Program-made: the position numbers and the translations under genes
Shown here: piece by piece, positions 61,101 through 64,000 of the stretch
Layout: the number at the start of each line of letters is the position of its first letter
Numbering within the stretch: position 1 is the first letter of the stretch
Notes under the pieces: generated by a model
Seen by the model: only the letters and a program-made list of their open reading frames with translations
Databases searched by the model: none
Told to the model about the DNA's origin: nothing
NCBI RefSeq assembly: GCF_004010195.1
Contig: NC_057724.1
Location: forward strand, 8,038,671 to 8,102,670
Reading direction: 5' to 3'
From: Chiloscyllium plagiosum
Taxonomy: Eukaryota
DNA: 64,000 nucleotides

Positions 61101-63452
61101 ACAAACAATTGAAACCTGGACAAATATGACCTGACTGGGGGAGTGAATATAAATTTCTAATGGGTAAATCATGTCTTACAAAACTGATTTGAACATTTTG
61201 CAAGAATTAACATGATAGATAAAAGAGTACAGATGAACTTCCAGAGACATTTAACTGAATATGCTCAAGATTCCACTCAGAGAAATGTAAGTATATTTCA
61301 GGAGGTATATCTCTGACACACATCAAAAATTGATTAGCAAGAATAACAGATAAGTACTGCAGTTGGTTTGATGTGACTTCATGTTTTCAACAAATATCTG
61401 ACACTGGGTTTTGCATTTTTCACCAATTACTTAAATGAAGAAATGTAAAGCCATGTATTCAAGTTAGCTGACAACATTAACTTATGACATGGAGGTGCTG
61501 GTGCTGGACTAGGGTGGACAAGGTTAAAAATCACAACAGCAGGTTATAGTCCAACAGGTTTATTTGCAAGTACTAACTTTCAGAGCAGGATCCTGCTCCA
61601 CAACTACCTGGTGAAGGAGCAGTGCTCTGAAAGCTAGTACTCCCAATTAAACCTGTTGGACTATAACCTGGTGTTGTGTGATTTTTAACATTTAAATTAG
61701 GTAGCACAGTAGGTTGTGCAGGAAATTAAAAAGAGACATTGTTAGATTAAGTGAGTGAGATAAAGAGGTAGGTTGAGCTCAATATGGCAAATTTCAATCA
61801 TCCCCCTTGGACTGAAGATGTATTTATTACAGTAATCTTTAAATGGTGAGGAAAATAAGAAGTGTGGACAAGAAGGAAGATTCAAGGGTGCAGGCACAAA
61901 ACTCAAAAACGTAACAACCACGTACAACCTATAATCTAAAAGTTTAACAGAATCTTTCATCTCAATGGGTTGACCACAGCTGGAGGTTTGGGTTGAGTTC
62001 TGTATTCTGCCCCTCTGGAAGGTTTATATTAAACTTGAAGGAGGCGAGTGAAACTTCACCAGAATTATATCAGTGAAATAATTAATTGTATTAGAAAATT
62101 TCAAAACTGAGATTGATTGACTTGTGTTAGACAAGGATATTATTACTTTGTTCCTGTACAAGAGTAGTGGAAGATGAGGAGAGCTGGGATAGGATTAAGG
62201 AGAGAACTGAGAGAGATCAATATGGGAATGAGACTGAGTGTGACTACGTGGGATAAATCCTGAGAGGGAGCAGTGAGGAGGTTTCATATCATGGATGGAC
62301 ATCTGAGATCTGTTACATGCTATTCCTACACCTTTTAGGATCTTCAGGACACTACATTTTGTCTTGAGTAATTACATGTGTACAGAATGTCTCCTGCTGC
62401 TCCACTTCAAGCCTAGGATTCCTGGGTCTGTGTGAAAACTGGAGTCACTGTGGATGGTCAGGCAGGATGAGAGGTTTCTGGGTCATACTTTGCAGAAGGT
62501 AATCATCCCACAGGCAGTGAGGGGTCAGTATAAAATTCTGATACCATCTGGAAGAGCAAGAAGACACAGAAATTTAACAATGAATTGGCATTGAATTGGC
62601 ATGGTCCAGTTAAGAAGGCAAAGAGTGAGCCCAAAGGGCCAAAAGTACATTAAAAAAAACTGGGATGTATCCTAAAGATCCAAGCTAATCTTTTAAAGGG
62701 TCTATCTCAAAACTGGGCAGACCACAGGCTACCTCCAATCTGTACCTGGACACAACAGACCTGAATTCAAAATCACACCAATTCTTCCCAGGAGTAAAAA
62801 CAATATAATTCTTGGCACTTCCTATTGAGGTGAGCGTGGCATGATGGGATATTTCCTGAAGAGAGCTATGTATCTTGTTAAAAACAAACTATGCCATTAT
62901 ATGGTCCAAAAGGAAATTGAATAAAAATGGGAAAAGGAAAAATAAGAAAAGATACATGAAAAGCATAAGAAAATTCAATTTGGATAGCTAAAAGCTGTTT
63001 ATAAAGGAACAGTGGAACAGCTATCTGCAGTGAGCTTAGTGACCTCCTACAATTTGTATGAACTTTATTGTTCTGGTAAAAGTTTTGCAATAAATTTTCA
63101 GGTTTACAAAACACAGGAATTATTCTGCGAGTTTTTCTAAATGTTGTGGTGATTTCCTCTGAATTTTAATGTAGCTGTTAGCTCATTTAAAGCAGCCCCA
63201 TTCTCCACTACAATGTTGAGTAGAGAATTGAAACACAAGGCCAAAGAACATTCATCGAGAGTAGTTTATCAACTTCTTCTGTATTTCAAAACCAGAAAGC
63301 GGATGATTAAAAAATGTCGTTCTTACCTAATGCTGTAAACAGAGTGTCGATTGCCAAAGTGACCAGCATGAGGAAAAATAAAACGGACCATAAAGGTGCC
63401 CATGGCAACTGTGCAGCAATCTCCGGATACGCAATGAAAGCCAAACCAAAAC
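55029..63452 (-). CDS. SLC6A14: SLC6A14-like transporter, copy C (exons 9-14; 5' part lies beyond the window)
   Basis: Six in-phase exons; exons 9-13 have the same lengths as in copy A (126/119/100/110/171 nt); no internal stops. Confidence 0.9.
57408..57578 (-). CDS. SLC6A14: Copy C exon 13
   Basis: [57 protein letters not shown]; 171 nt. Confidence 0.92.
57836..59329. repeat. Exact 106-bp direct repeat (57836-57941 and 59224-59329)
   Basis: TTTGCTATTTGCCTGAACTGC...CTTTATGAATGACT, identical in both copies by eye. Confidence 0.92.
58151..58939. mobile_element. Second, more diverged copy of the TA-flanked MITE, in opposite orientation to 13659-14465
   Basis: Degenerate TIRs (TAGAGGGACCTTAACTATCCGAA and TTGGATAATCAAGACTCCTCTG); subterminal sequence is the reverse complement of ~14060-14465. 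Confidence 0.78.
59428..59537 (-). CDS. SLC6A14: Copy C exon 12
   Basis: [37 protein letters not shown]; 110 nt. Confidence 0.92.
60289..60388 (-). CDS. SLC6A14: Copy C exon 11
   Basis: [33 protein letters not shown]; 100 nt; donor gtaagt. Confidence 0.92.
60705..60823 (-). CDS. SLC6A14: Copy C exon 10
   Basis: [40 protein letters not shown]; 119 nt; donor gtaagt. Confidence 0.9.
61487..61690. mobile_element. Palindromic hammerhead-type Penelope-associated mini-element within an old CR1
   Basis: Inverted arms as at 4744-4969; mutated core CUGGUGA...GAAAGCUA at ~61608-61638. Confidence 0.7.
63327..63452 (-). CDS. SLC6A14: Copy C exon 9
   Basis: [42 protein letters not shown]; 126 nt; donor gtaaga. 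Confidence 0.92.
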   Translation of the reverse strand, partial: VLVWLSLRIRRLLHSCHGHLYGPFYFSSCWSLWQSTLCLQH

Positions 63453-63664
63453 CTAAATGGTGGATACATGTGATATGGTAAAAGTAATTGTGCTGCAAGG
63501 AAAGAATAAAGGTCCTTCTACTTCAACCAACAATGTACCAGGAGACCACTCTCAAAAGAGTGACCGTTGTGACATTTTCCCTTTATTAAATCATCTTGGG
63601 ACACTTTTGGGTAATACCATTAATTCTGTGCCAGATTTGAGCTGTAGAGACATTTCCAAAATGT

Positions 63665-64000
63665 TAGCTTCAAAGTGTGCATGTTTCAGGCCAAGGAGTG
63701 GCAGATATAGTTTAATTTAAACAAATGTGAGCTACTGCATTTTGGGAAGGCAAATCAGGGCAGGATTTATGCACTTAATGGGAAGATCCTGGGGGGTGTT
63801 GCTGAACAAACAGACCTTGGAGCACAAGTTCATAATTCCTTGAAAGTGGAGTTATCGGTAGATATGACAGTGAAGAAGGCATTTGATATGCTTGCCTTTA
63901 TTGAATATAGGAGTTGGGAGGTCATTGGTTAGACCAATTTTGGAATACTACATTCAGTTCTGGTCTCCCTGCTATAAGAAGGATGTTGTGAAACTTGAAA
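63665..64000 (+). mobile_element. CR1 LINE RT C-terminal fragment
   Basis: WQI.FNLNKCELLHFGKAN...EQTDLG and VRPILEYYIQFWSP remnants. Confidence 0.8.

Overview
Vertebrate genomic DNA, most likely a cartilaginous fish (shark), inferred from abundant HE1-type V-SINEs, CR1 LINEs and Penelope-like elements. The host content is a minus-strand tandem array of SLC6A14-like (ATB0,+ family, SLC6/NSS Na+/Cl- amino-acid transporter) genes, mapped by hand from GT/AG sites and reading phases. Copy C (55029-63452) shows intact exons 9-14 and continues past the right edge. Copy A (11178-36044) shows exons 1-6 and 9-14; exons 7-8 were not found and may lie in the 500-N gap at 24737-25236. Copy B is a relic made of an intact orphan exon 1 (48192-48263) and a frameshifted exon 9 (41676-41794). 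Relic D is an orphan intron-11 segment at about 1290-1653. The paralogues differ at TM3, TM8 and TM10 substrate/ion-site positions but are nearly identical in exon 13. The rest is mostly transposon-derived: CR1 (including a 5' end with ORF1), Rex1/Babar-like LINEs, Penelope RT/GIY-YIG fragments, short palindromic elements with minimal hammerhead ribozyme motifs and TSDs, a Gmr1-like Gypsy element, a solo LTR, two TA-flanked MITEs and SINEs. Exon numbering follows the mammalian SLC6A14 layout from memory. Identity and codon counts are by hand and no database search was run.
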